64,000 bases of DNA from Candidatus Thorarchaeota archaeon (GTDB lineage Archaea; Asgardarchaeota; Thorarchaeia; Thorarchaeales; Thorarchaeaceae). Positions 40,074 through 50,619 of the stretch are shown here, in pieces. Numbering within the stretch: the stretch's first letter is position 1; each line of letters opens with the position of its first letter. A model generated the notes under the pieces. It ran no database searches. It was not told the DNA's origin and saw nothing but the letters and a program-made list of their open reading frames with translations. The stretch covers positions 32,001 through 96,000 of the forward strand of contig CAVSBO010000007.1 of assembly GCA_963726195.1 (NCBI GenBank), given 5' to 3'. A program made the position numbers and the translations under genes.

Positions 40074-43000
40074 TCTTGAGGTCTTCAATCTCCCATTCCT
40101 TCACGTACTTGAATGGCTTCCACGCTGCCTGTGACTCTGGGCCAACAAGCTGAGTCTTGCTCGATCTGGTCTCTGTGGCAAGTTGGTCGGAGAACATCCT
40201 TGCAAGGTCTGCTGATTCGCTATCTGAAAACTCAATCATCAGACTTACTCTCTGTTCCACATTGAGGTCCATCTCCTTTCTCATGACCTGTATTCGCCTA
40301 ATCACATCTCTAACGAGCCCTTCGGCCTCGAGTTCTCTGGTTCGAGTAACGTCCACGTAGACCTTGCCTATCTTGCACTCCGCGATGCTCAGGTTATCCG
40401 GAACGCTTTCCTCAAACTCGATGTCCTCTGATTCAAGGACGAACCTGTCGCTGCCTGCGGTGAGAGTTGCATCACCTTTCTGGAGTTCGGTCCTAAGCTT
40501 CGATGCGTCTGATTTCTCAAGGGCAGTAAGAAGCTTCTTCATTCCGTCCCTGTACTTCGGTCCCAAAGACTTGAAATTGGGTTTCGCCACAAGGCGAGTG
40601 AAGTCAGGCACGACGTCAGATTTTAGCACGACAAATTCACGTGTATTCAAGTCATCCTCTAGAAGCGACTTCAAGTTTTCTGCCCGCCTTGCTACCTCCT
40701 GTGATGAAGGTATGAGCATCACCTTGCTTACCGGATGCCGCAGTTTCACACCCTTCTTGTTTCTAGCAAATGATGAAGCACTTCTTAGCTCCTCAAGTAC
40801 TAGGAACGACTCCTCCATCTCCGAGTCGGCCAAGTTCTCGTCAGGTTCCGGCATATCACTTAGATTAACCGATTCTGGAAGTCCACCAGAGAAACGGACG
40901 AAGAAGCCAATGTGCAGCTTTTCTGCTAGGAAAGGTGTGAGGATGTTCAAACACCTCACTACGGCATAGAGGGTATAGAACATCACGTCATACGCCATGA
41001 GCTTCTTCGGGTCTTCGCTCTCTAACCAGACTCTCTTCTTTACAAGCGGAAGATACACCCTACTGAAATCCTCAGTTATGAAGTCAAGTAGCATCCTTGC
41101 GGCTTGATGATAGAAATACTGTTTCATGTTTGAATGAAATTCCGTCAATACGTACTGGAGTCGTGAAATGAGCCACCGGTCCTCTAGGTCTGATTCCTTG
41201 ACCTTCTTCTCGAATCTCTTGGGGTCAAAACGATACTTGTCCAAGTCCATGTACGTCTCGGCAAAGAGGAATATGTTCCATAGGATGTCTAGTTTCTTCC
41301 TTGTGAGTTCGATTTCACTTGGGCTGTAGTTAGTGGCGGACCACGGGGCTGACTTGCTTAGAACGTAGAGTCTGAAGGGGTCTGCTCCCGCTGCCTTCAA
41401 TGCATCCTTCATCCATACAACGTTGCCTTTGGACTTGCTCATCTTTCCGCCGTCTTCATCAAGGACATGGCCTTGACTTACACAAGCTTTGAAAGCCACG
41501 CGCCCATGCAACACGACAGATGTATAGAGCAGGCTGTAGAACCATCCCCGCGACTGGTCAACTGCCTCGGTTATGAAATCGTATGGGAAAACATGCTCAA
41601 ACAACCCGGGGTCCTTGAGGTAATCTACGCTAGCGGTATGGGCCATCCCTGAGTCAAGCCAGGCGTCAACCACGAACTGCTCCCGATGCATCCTGCTGCC
41701 GCACTTCTCGCATCTCAGAACCACTTTGTCAACCCAAGGCCTGTGCATTTCAAACTCCTCAGGAAACTCGATTGCCCGGTCTTTCAACTCCTGCCTTGAT
41801 CCCACAACGGTCTCATTCTTACAGCTGTCACAGACCCAGACGGGTAATGGAGATCCCCATACCCTAGACCTTGATATGCACCAGTCATCTGCGTTGGCTA
41901 CCCAATCGCCGAAACGTCCGGTGCCCGCCCATTCTGGTGTCCACTCTACCTTCTTGTTCTCCTCCAAAAGCCTATCACGAACATCCTCCATCTTCAGGAA
42001 CCATTGCGTCTTGTCAGCTAGATAGACGAGTGGCGTGTCACATCTCCAGCAATGGGGGTATTCGTGTTCCACTGTCTCTTCGTGTATGAGCAGCCCTTTC
42101 TCTCTCAGCATTACCGGGACTTTGGGATTCGTATCAAATACGAACTGACCACTGAACATTGGAACTTCATCCGTGAAAAGACCGGACGGTGTAACAGGGC
42201 AGAACACCGGCACATCGTACTCTCTGCCAACGTTGAAGTCATCGGGTCCGAATCCGGGTGCTGTATGCACAAGGCCCGTACCCTCCTCCAAAGTGACATG
42301 AGTGCCAGTTACCACAGCGTGCATGTACTTCTCATCATGTTCTCGATGCCACTCCACCTCATCCCGGAAAGGATGCTCATATTTCCAGCCTAGCATCTCC
42401 TTCCCTAACAGAGTATCCGCGATGTCATAGGAGCTGATGCCTGCTTTCTGCATCACTGTTTCGACAAGGTTTTCGACAAGCCACCAGTATTCATCTTGTA
42501 CTTGGACCTTGACATACTTCGAGTCGGGATGAACGGAAACCATTTCGTTGGAGACCAAGGTGAACGGCGTTGTTGTCCAGATTACGAGAAACTCGTTGTC
42601 CTTTCCCAAGAGTTTGAATTTGACGTATATCGACGGGTCAACCTTCGTTTTGTACCCCTGCGATACTTCGTGACTTGAAAGTGCGGTCACACATCGGGGA
42701 CAAGTGGGGTTCACTCTGTAACCGCGTGTTAGGAGCCCCTTTTCGTTAGCGACCTTTAAGAAGTGCCAGACATGCTCTATGTAATCGTCGCGGCGGGTCT
42801 GGTATGCGGTTGGATAGTCGAGCCATAGTCCCAGCCGGACAGAGTCGTCTACCCAGCTCTTCAGGTAAGTATCGACCAGCTCCTTGCATTTCTTCACAAA
42901 TAGGTCCAGACCTATTGTCGACTCGATCTGACGCTTCTGCGCTATCCCTTCCTTCTTCTCAACTTCGAGTTCGACAGGCAGGCCTTGCATATCCCAGCCC

Positions 43001-43245
43001 GCGCGTCTCCAAACATCATAGCCCTTCATGGTCATGTACCGGATCTGGGCGTCCTTTATCGCACGTCCTCTCCCGTGGCCGACGTGCATGAACCCATTTG
43101 TAGTTGGAGGCCCTTCGAGGAAGTTCCAAGGTTTTCCTGAGTGTCGGTACTCCACAGTCTTCTCGTAGACATGTTTCTTCTTCCAGAAGTCCAAAACCTC
43201 TGATTCGACAGCCTGTGGATCATAGCGTTTGGGTAAGTAACTCAT
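39967..43245 (-). CDS. ileS: Isoleucyl-tRNA synthetase (archaeal/eukaryotic type)
   Basis: EGPPTTNG..HVGH, GWDMQGLPVE, WTTTP, GTGLVH, DWCISRSRVWG, DQSRGWF, KMSKS. Confidence 0.96.
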   Translation of the reverse strand: MSYLPKRYDPQAVESEVLDFWKKKHVYEKTVEYRHSGKPWNFLEGPPTTNGFMHVGHGRGRAIKDAQIRYMTMKGYDVWRRAGWDMQGLPVELEVEKKEGIAQKRQIESTIGLDLFVKKCKELVDTYLKSWVDDSVRLGLWLDYPTAYQTRRDDYIEHVWHFLKVANEKGLLTRGYRVNPTCPRCVTALSSHEVSQGYKTKVDPSIYVKFKLLGKDNEFLVIWTTTPFTLVSNEMVSVHPDSKYVKVQVQDEYWWLVENLVETVMQKAGISSYDIADTLLGKEMLGWKYEHPFRDEVEWHREHDEKYMHAVVTGTHVTLEEGTGLVHTAPGFGPDDFNVGREYDVPVFCPVTPSGLFTDEVPMFSGQFVFDTNPKVPVMLREKGLLIHEETVEHEYPHCWRCDTPLVYLADKTQWFLKMEDVRDRLLEENKKVEWTPEWAGTGRFGDWVANADDWCISRSRVWGSPLPVWVCDSCKNETVVGSRQELKDRAIEFPEEFEMHRPWVDKVVLRCEKCGSRMHREQFVVDAWLDSGMAHTASVDYLKDPGLFEHVFPYDFITEAVDQSRGWFYSLLYTSVVLHGRVAFKACVSQGHVLDEDGGKMSKSKGNVVWMKDALKAAGADPFRLYVLSKSAPWSATNYSPSEIELTRKKLDILWNIFLFAETYMDLDKYRFDPKRFEKKVKESDLEDRWLISRLQYVLTEFHSNMKQYFYHQAARMLLDFITEDFSRVYLPLVKKRVWLESEDPKKLMAYDVMFYTLYAVVRCLNILTPFLAEKLHIGFFVRFSGGLPESVNLSDMPEPDENLADSEMEESFLVLEELRSASSFARNKKGVKLRHPVSKVMLIPSSQEVARRAENLKSLLEDDLNTREFVVLKSDVVPDFTRLVAKPNFKSLGPKYRDGMKKLLTALEKSDASKLRTELQKGDATLTAGSDRFVLESEDIEFEESVPDNLSIAECKIGKVYVDVTRTRELEAEGLVRDVIRRIQVMRKEMDLNVEQRVSLMIEFSDSESADLARMFSDQLATETRSSKTQLVGPESQAAWKPFKYVKEWEIEDLKIKVGMTPIQVVQKRASHAKAPPAKSGRKTRSPRSK

Positions 43246-43597
43246 TGTGGTCTCCTCTCATCTGACGTAAATCGTACGAATGATACAGAAGTCGTTTCCG
43301 CGCGATGATAGGTGAGAAAGCTTGCTACGCTTGTCCGCAGCTCGACGCCACCTTTGCTAGATGATTTGGCAATCCATCCTTTCGCTCACCTATCTGGGCT
43401 TGCTGTCGAGACAGTCTTGGCCCTTTTAAAAAGGTTAGGCTAACGCGGATTACCCAGTGCCTGTGAATCTTTCCGAGGATTCGCTTCGTCACGAGACCGC
43501 AATCAAACCTATTGACGGGACACCCGACCAACGTTTAATTGCCGAGCATGGTTGCTCATCATCATCTAATCGCCAGACGGCTGCAAGGTGCAAGATC

Positions 43598-44270
43598 ATG
43601 AGTTCTCTCGAAAGCAAGTCGCTGGACACACTCGTTGACATGGTACTGAACGTGATGTCTCAAGACTCCTTAGGGTTATGGAGAGCTATCCGTAAGAAAA
43701 TGGATACCGAGGGGCCGGTTAAGGTAAAGGCCGCTTTCGAAAAAGGCGCTTCCCGTTTCTTGTCTGGACCATTCAAGAATCACTTGGAAGTTCGCTGGGG
43801 CATGAGTCTCTGTGTCCACTGTAATGATAGCAACATAGAGAAGAACGGCATCGCGTATGTTCAGCCCAGCGGTGACGGTCTAGAGTTCAATCAATGCTTG
43901 AACTGTCGAATCGGCATTCTCTACAACGTTGTATCAGCAAAGGCGACGATGGACAGCTATCTGGTATCTGTTGGTAAGCCGAATCAGTTCAACAGTGTCT
44001 CCTTCTTCTGGGATGCGATTGTTCCCACCAAGCTGAGGAAGTTTCTTCCGATGTATCGAGCTCATAAAAGGAGGGCAGTGGATAGGAACCCTCTTATTTG
44101 ACAGCACGATGAAGACCAAGTTCCGACCCTTTAGCTCGATGACCGGATCCACGCCGCGTGATGCTGACTCACCTTGGTCTGCTCAGATTCCAGTTGATGT
44201 GAAGAGTGCAGCAGATCAATTTCTCAAAGCGGCAAAGCCTCAAGTGGAAGTCGGACTAGCCGTCAAGTAA
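43598..44270 (+). CDS. Hypothetical protein with two CxxC pairs (probable +1 indel near 44080)
   Basis: CVHC...CLNC; the alternative frame continues open to TAA at 44268-44270. Confidence 0.5.
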
Positions 44271-44579
44271 GAGAAAACGGTGACGCTTCCGTTCATGAAG
44301 AAACAGGCGGTTAGTGTTCATCCCGCTGCTCCTTCGGACATGAAACGCTCGCGCTCGAGATTGCGTAATGGACACGATATCTAGCAGATGCCCAGATTGA
44401 AAGACTGGCCTGAGACTTAGCCATAACGGGCACCATGTGCCCCAACGGCCAGTTAGAACGATGGTTTACCAATACTCCGCTTCATACTCTGAAACATCGG
44501 ACAAAGGTTATATTCATTGAATTGGCCTGACCTAATGAATTACCACTCTGTTTAGTGGTGGTATTTTAGTTTTCGGAGA

Positions 44580-46236
44580 ATGATCGCGATGGAAATTGAA
44601 GTAAAGCGTGTACCTGAAGTCATGCCCTCTCACACCACGGGTGACAAGGACATCTCAAGGTACCACGTGGAGAAGCACGAAATCCGCCCGCTACCGTATA
44701 CTACCAAGTCTATCTGCCCGGAGTGTCTTCTCACAAATGACGAAGTTCGCGTAATCGACGCGACTGTTTACGAAGAGGACGGGAAAATAATGTACAAGAA
44801 GTCCTGCCCTGACCACGGTGAGTTTGTTGACGTTTACTGGGGCGACGCCGAGATGTTCAAGCGCGCCCAGACTTACTGGTATGAAAGCGTAGGCCTTGAT
44901 AATCCAAGGACCGAAACGATTGAGGGCTGCCCGAATGATTGCGGTCAGTGCCCGCAGCATCAGTCGCATACTGCGCTGGCCTTGCTAGACGTTACTAATC
45001 GATGCAATCTGCGCTGCCCGATCTGTTTCGCAAACGCAGCTGAGTCCGGCTCAGTCTATGAGCCGACGCCCGAGGAAGTCCTCGAGATGATGAAAAACCT
45101 CAGACGCAACTTGCCTGTGCCAGCTCCTGCCCTACAGTTCGCTGGAGGCGAACCGACGGTCAGCAAGAATCTTCCGCAATACATTCGGTGGGCCAAGGAG
45201 CTTGGTTTTCGTCATGTTCAGATTGCCAGCAATGTTATCCGGATAGGGAACAGCCTAGACTATGCAAAGGAGCTGGTCGATGCTGGACTATCTGCTATCT
45301 ATATGCAGTTTGATGGTGTCACACCTGAGCCATATCTGGCCGCTAGAGGAACGAATCTATTGCCAGTGAAGCTCCAAGCCATTGAGAATTGTCGGAAGCT
45401 TGGGCTGGACGCAGTCATCTTGGTACCGACGGTTGTTCGCGGTGTCAACGATGACCAGCTTGGCCGCATAGTTGAATTCGCCGTTGAGAACCGGGATGTA
45501 GTCCGTTGTGTCAACTTCCAGCCTGTCAGCATTACGGGCAGAATAGATTACGAGCAGCGTCAGGCAATGCGGATAACGGTGCCCGATGTAGTTCACCGAA
45601 TCGAGGAGCAGACCAATGGCAAGATTCCTATCTCGGCCTGGTACCCCGTACCTGCGATGATGCCCGTAGGAAGAGCCCTCGGTTTGATTAAGGGTGTCCC
45701 ACAGCTGAGCTCAGCGCCCACTTCGCATGCGGAATGGCAACATTCCTGTACATCGACGACAAAGGCCATTACGAGCCCATAACGAATCTAATTGATGTGG
45801 ACAAGTTCCTCGAGCTCTGTCCGAGATCTCCGACCTCTACGCAGATGGCAAGACCGCAGCTAGCAAGCGCGCGAAAGCAAAGCTCTTGGGAGGAGTTCGA
45901 CACATCAAGAAGAAGGGAATCATTAAGGATCTCTTGGGTGCCTTCCTGAACAGAGGAGACTACGATTCGCTTGCGAAGTTCATGCACCATATCGTCATGC
46001 TCGGCATCATGCATTTTCAAGACCCATACAACTTCGATCTTGAACGAGTTCAGCATTGTGACGTGAACTACGCTGTCCCTGACGGAAGAATCGTCCCATT
46101 CTGCACGATGAACACCATTCATCGGTCTAGGATAGAACAGAAATTCGGTATGCCCGTCAAGGAGTGGCGCAAGACCCGGAGTCCGAGCCAATTCGAGGAA
46201 GAGACCATAACGAAGCCGTACTCGGGTAACCAATAG
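44580..46236 (+). CDS. tes: Radical SAM tetraether lipid synthase (Tes/GDGT-MAS, MJ0619-like); two indels (~45704, ~45820)
   Basis: N-terminal SICPEC...CPDHG, CPNDCGQC, CNLRCPICFA, GGEPT, NFQPVS, HFACG, MHFQD.YNFD..RV..C, PFC. Confidence 0.85.
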
Positions 46237-46250
46237 TACAGCGAACAACT

Positions 46251-46296
46251 ACCGGGACTGCCCATAGCTCATATGAGTAGTCCGGTTCTCTATTTC
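46251..46296 (+). terminator. 3' hairpin after tes
   Basis: ACCGG(G)ACUGC.CAUA / UAUG.GUAGUCCGGU ~14-bp stem followed by a pyrimidine tract. Confidence 0.45.
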
Positions 46297-46476
46297 ACAT
46301 CGACACGCTATCGCGATTTCGTGAACGCTCTCTCGCCCAAGGCATGAACGACGACTGCCTTTTTGACTCCTGAATCTAGGAAATGGGTGGTCATTATGCA
46401 GTTTAATATGCTTTAACAGAATCAAGCAGATTCGTTATGGATATGTTTAAAAGTTGGGGACACCCGGTAGTGTGTA

Positions 46477-46622
46477 GATGTAGGGTAAGTGCGGGAGCGC
46501 AACCTCCAGATAAGTAGCAAAGGCGGCGTGCGGGCTAGTTTTTCGTTACATGCCCTCAATTACGAAACTCCCCCCTCCTACCACGATTACCTGCACGTCG
46601 CCACCTCCTCATACCCAATATC
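46477..46622 (+). ncRNA. Candidate ~146-nt structured RNA
   Basis: TTTAAAAG at 46446-46453; 5'/3' terminal stem with 10 of 11 positions paired; 13-bp GC-rich stem with G-U pairs. Confidence 0.55.
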
Positions 46623-46719
46623 ATTCATGGCAATCCTTGAAATGATTGATGTAGGTGCTTTCCCTAGCATGAACAATCCTTAATTGAGGACAGTCGGGTC
46701 AAGACTTGGTTCTTTAAGA

Positions 46720-47634
46720 ATGACGAGACGTCAGCGACTGACTTTGCTGCAGGTCGACGCGTTCACTGATGTGCCCTTTGGAGGAAATCCATCTGCCGTA
46801 GTGCTCAACGCGGACCATGTTAGCGATGAGATAATCAGAGAGCTGTCAAGGGAGCTAGGTATTGGCCAGACCGTTTTTGTATCGGACTCGGGTGTTGCGG
46901 ACACGCGTTTCCGGTTCATTGTTTCTGGAGGCGAGATGCCATTTTCAGGTAGCCTCACTGTGGCTGCTCTTCATGCAATGGTCGAAGAGGGCATCATTGA
47001 CACTCCAAGAGATGTCTCTACCGTTAGCGTGGAAACAAAAGCTGGCGTTCTCTCGGTTGACATAGTGAAGAATGAGGAAACGAAGAGGCCCGAGATTCAG
47101 ATTACTGCCAAGAAGCCAGAGTTTCTCAGGACGTATGATCCCAGAGACTATGCAGAGGCTCTTGGTCTGAGTCTTGCCGACATTCTGTCATCAACTCCGA
47201 TTCAGACGGTCAGCACAGGTACCCCACAGCTGATGATTCCCGTAGGCACGCTGAAGGCTCTCGAAAGAATCCGCCCTGCTTGGGATCGACTCACTAGGCT
47301 GGGTAAGAACTCGGACTATGTCTCGATTCAGGTGTTCACAAGAGAGACGCTTGAACCCACGTCTGATGTTCATGTCAGGCACTTTGCTCCATCTCTGGGT
47401 ATCAATGAAGACCCAGTAACAGGGTCGGCGGCTGCGAGCATGGGCGGCTACATCATAAGATATGGTTTGATGGAGCCAACATATCCGGTTACCAGCATAG
47501 TGGTCGAACAGGGCCACTCAATGGGGCGCCCTGGAAAGGTTTTCGTTGAAGTCCGAGGAGATCCGGAAGACATTGAGCAAGTCAAGGTGAGCGGTACAGC
47601 AGTTACTATCTTCAAAGGTACGCTTTATGTTTAG
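46720..47634 (+). CDS. PhzF/DAP-epimerase-fold protein
   Basis: QVDAFT...GGNPSAVV, VSTG, RHFAPSLGINEDPVTGSA, EQG..MGRPG. Confidence 0.88.
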   Translation: MTRRQRLTLLQVDAFTDVPFGGNPSAVVLNADHVSDEIIRELSRELGIGQTVFVSDSGVADTRFRFIVSGGEMPFSGSLTVAALHAMVEEGIIDTPRDVSTVSVETKAGVLSVDIVKNEETKRPEIQITAKKPEFLRTYDPRDYAEALGLSLADILSSTPIQTVSTGTPQLMIPVGTLKALERIRPAWDRLTRLGKNSDYVSIQVFTRETLEPTSDVHVRHFAPSLGINEDPVTGSAAASMGGYIIRYGLMEPTYPVTSIVVEQGHSMGRPGKVFVEVRGDPEDIEQVKVSGTAVTIFKGTLYV

Positions 47635-47721
47635 CAAAGCCAGAGTACGGATTTCCGTTCCTATAGGACAACCTTGCTGTTTGGTTAAGACTTATCATGC
47701 AGGAAGGATTCGATTGCAGTC

Positions 47722-49119
47722 ATGCAACCCCTGCCCGAAATGATGGAAAAGGCAATTGATGAGATTCGGGAGCGAGACGTGGCTTTCGCTGACATTCGTC
47801 ATGAGATTCGCTCAGGTACACAGCTCAGCATGGTAAATGGAACTTTGCGAAGGTTTGAAAGAACAAACAGAGCAGGCACTGTAGCGAGAGTTTTGGTTGG
47901 AGCGTGCTGGGGCCAGGCATCAACGACTGCTTCCTTGTCCCAGAGCATGTTGAAGGAGCTACTTTCAGATGCCTTGAGTATGGCAAAGGTCACTGCTCAC
48001 TATTCGCAGAAGACTGTCGACCTATCGCACGTTCCGTCTTTGAGAAGGACCGCTCATCAGAAGCTCAAGGAGATCCATCAAAGGTCAGCGACGAGGACAA
48101 GCTAGCCTTAGTCGTGGACCTAGACAAGGCTCAGAGAATTGACCAGCGGATAGTCAACAACACATCCAACTATGCGGATACTAGGCAGGATCTTGTTCTC
48201 GTCAATAGCGCTGGGTCGAGGCTTGAGTGGGACGAAGTTCGAGTGCTCGTCATGATTCAATCAGTTGCCAGAGAATCTGATAAGATGCAGTTCAACTATG
48301 ACATAAAGGACGGTCAGGCTGGGTTCGAGTTGATGCGCACTGTGAATCCTGCAGAGTTCGGCGAGGAATGTGCCCGGGGTGCAGTAGATCTCCTTTCTGC
48401 CCGCGAAGCCTCCGTCCGGGGAAATGACAATTGTGACCGATGCCGACGTTGCCGGGCTCATTGCTCACGAGGTCTGTGGTCACGCGAGCGAGGCAGACGA
48501 AGTTGTCAAGGGCCGTTCCTTTCTAACCAACATGGCTGGGAAGCAGGTTGGTTCAGAGCAGGTGACCCTAGTAGACGACGGAACGATTCAGGGTTTGAGA
48601 GGGACAATTCCCTTTGACTCAGAGGGCTCACTTGGTTCGCGAACACTGATTATCAATGGAGGCACATATGAGGGGTTTCTTCACACGTTGGAGACCTCCG
48701 CAACAATGAATGTGCCCCCGACGGGAAATGGCCGCGCACAAGACTACAATCATAGAATCTTCGCTAGAATGACTAACACGTATTTCGACAAGGGTAGCTG
48801 GAAGGACGAGGAGATTATCGAAGACACAAAAGACGGCCTATACGTAAATCGTGCTCTTTCTGGTATGGAGGATGTTGTTGGCGGCGGAGTTCAGTGTTCG
48901 GCGCTGAAGGGCTACATCATCAAGAATGGTGAATTAACGACTCTCGTCAGGTCAATGTCCTTGGCAGGAAAAGTGCTGGATTTCCTGAAGACAGTTGATG
49001 CTGTTGGCGACACACTCAGTTTTGTCGGTGGAACCTGTGGAAAAGGTGAGGAGGACTTTGTTCCCGTTGCCACAGGCGGCCCACGAATGAGGGCGAGAAT
49101 AGTTGTAGGAGGCGGCTAG
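47722..49119 (+). CDS. tldD: TldD-family metalloprotease (indels near 48075 and 48405)
   Basis: AHEVCGHASEAD, FDSEG, TGNGRA, RMTNTY, CGKG spread across three ORFs. Confidence 0.88.
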
Positions 49120-49120
49120 A

Positions 49121-50482
49121 ATGGACAAGGAGCAAACAGCAGATAGGATATTGTCTCTGTGCCAGAAGGAGGGCGCATCGCAGGCTGAGGTTTTCGCTGC
49201 AACAACGAAGATATCGAGCATATACATCGACGATAGTGTACCGAAGATTGCAGATGCCAAGACGGAGTTTGGAGTCGGTCTCAAGTACGTGCTTGGCAAG
49301 CGAGTCGGATTCACAAGCTCGACGCTACTTTCAGAGACACCTGAGGAAGTTGTACGGCGAGCAAGCTCAGTGGCACGAGTAAGCAACGAAGACCCGAGGT
49401 TTGTTTCTCTGCCTGAGCCCAAGACTCCCTCTGGAAGAAGTGATCGTTTCTTCGACAAGCAAACTGCCAATGCTGATTCTTCTCAGCTCCTAGACTATGC
49501 AATGCGAGTTGTGAGGTCCGCGGTGTCAGGTGACGTGAGTGTTCCCAATGGCGTACTGCGTGCAAGTTCAATCGATTTTCTAGTGCGGAATTCGCTTGGT
49601 GTCAGGGTGAGTTCAAGGTCCACAATGGTGTTCGGCTTCTTTACTGCGAAATCGGGTAAGGGAGGACTTGTCGGAGAGGGTGTCCAAAGATGCTGGTCTC
49701 GGAAACTCTCCACGGTCGACTTCGATGTTCTAGGGGAGAAGCTTCGGTCTCAAGCGGTCAGTTCACTGAGTGCCGAAGCTTTCAAAGACCACTGGACGGA
49801 CATCGTCGGAGTTCTTGCCCCCAGTGAGTGCAGCGAGATGCTTGGACAGTTGATTGGCATGGCTGCGTCTGCTGAGAATATCAACAATCATTCCAGCCCA
49901 TGGACAGATAGGATAGGAGATCGCGTGGCTCACGAGAACCTGACGATAATGGACAATGGTCTATCTGAGACCGGTATGCTGAGTTCAGTTGTTGACGATG
50001 AAGGGACTCCTACACGGAAGACGATGCTGATTGACAGGGGTGAGCTGAAGTCGTATTTCTTTGATTCTTACAATGGGGCGCTTGGAGGCTTGGCATCGAC
50101 AGGGAATGGAATCAGACGAGACCCACGAGAGTGTCTTGGCCGCTTTTCTTCTCCAGCCGCGTGCGGCCTCACCACACTCGAGATACGTCCGGGAAGACAA
50201 TCTGTCGAGGACATTATCGGAGAAACAAAAAGGGGTGTGTACATTGAGCATCTTGCTTGGCCTCAGGTGGATCCCACGTCTGGTGCGTTCTCGAACGAAG
50301 TTCGGAGTGCGTCTCTGATTGAGAACGGACAAATCACACACGAAATCAAACATGCTTTACTTGTCGGCAATCTCTATGAATCCCTGAGACGTGAAATCAA
50401 TCTCGGTTCTCGGGCAGAAGTTCACGACAGCTGCGTGATTCCTTGTGTGGCATTCTCCGGCTTGGAGCTTGTTGGGCAGTAG
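49121..50482 (+). CDS. pmbA: PmbA/TldE-family protein
   Basis: AEVF, DDEGTPT, STGNG, SGAFS; lacks HExxH; follows tldD. Confidence 0.85.
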   Translation: MDKEQTADRILSLCQKEGASQAEVFAATTKISSIYIDDSVPKIADAKTEFGVGLKYVLGKRVGFTSSTLLSETPEEVVRRASSVARVSNEDPRFVSLPEPKTPSGRSDRFFDKQTANADSSQLLDYAMRVVRSAVSGDVSVPNGVLRASSIDFLVRNSLGVRVSSRSTMVFGFFTAKSGKGGLVGEGVQRCWSRKLSTVDFDVLGEKLRSQAVSSLSAEAFKDHWTDIVGVLAPSECSEMLGQLIGMAASAENINNHSSPWTDRIGDRVAHENLTIMDNGLSETGMLSSVVDDEGTPTRKTMLIDRGELKSYFFDSYNGALGGLASTGNGIRRDPRECLGRFSSPAACGLTTLEIRPGRQSVEDIIGETKRGVYIEHLAWPQVDPTSGAFSNEVRSASLIENGQITHEIKHALLVGNLYESLRREINLGSRAEVHDSCVIPCVAFSGLELVGQ

Positions 50483-50619
50483 ATTTCAGTTGTCTTGCCA
50501 TCTGGACCAATCCCGGAGGTGGTCGGTGTATACCCGATGTCTAGTTCGTTCTTTGGTTAACTCATCTTCGACATTTTCAGAAATGCTAATTAGGTGCCGG
50601 TAGACCTGCGTTTTGAGAG

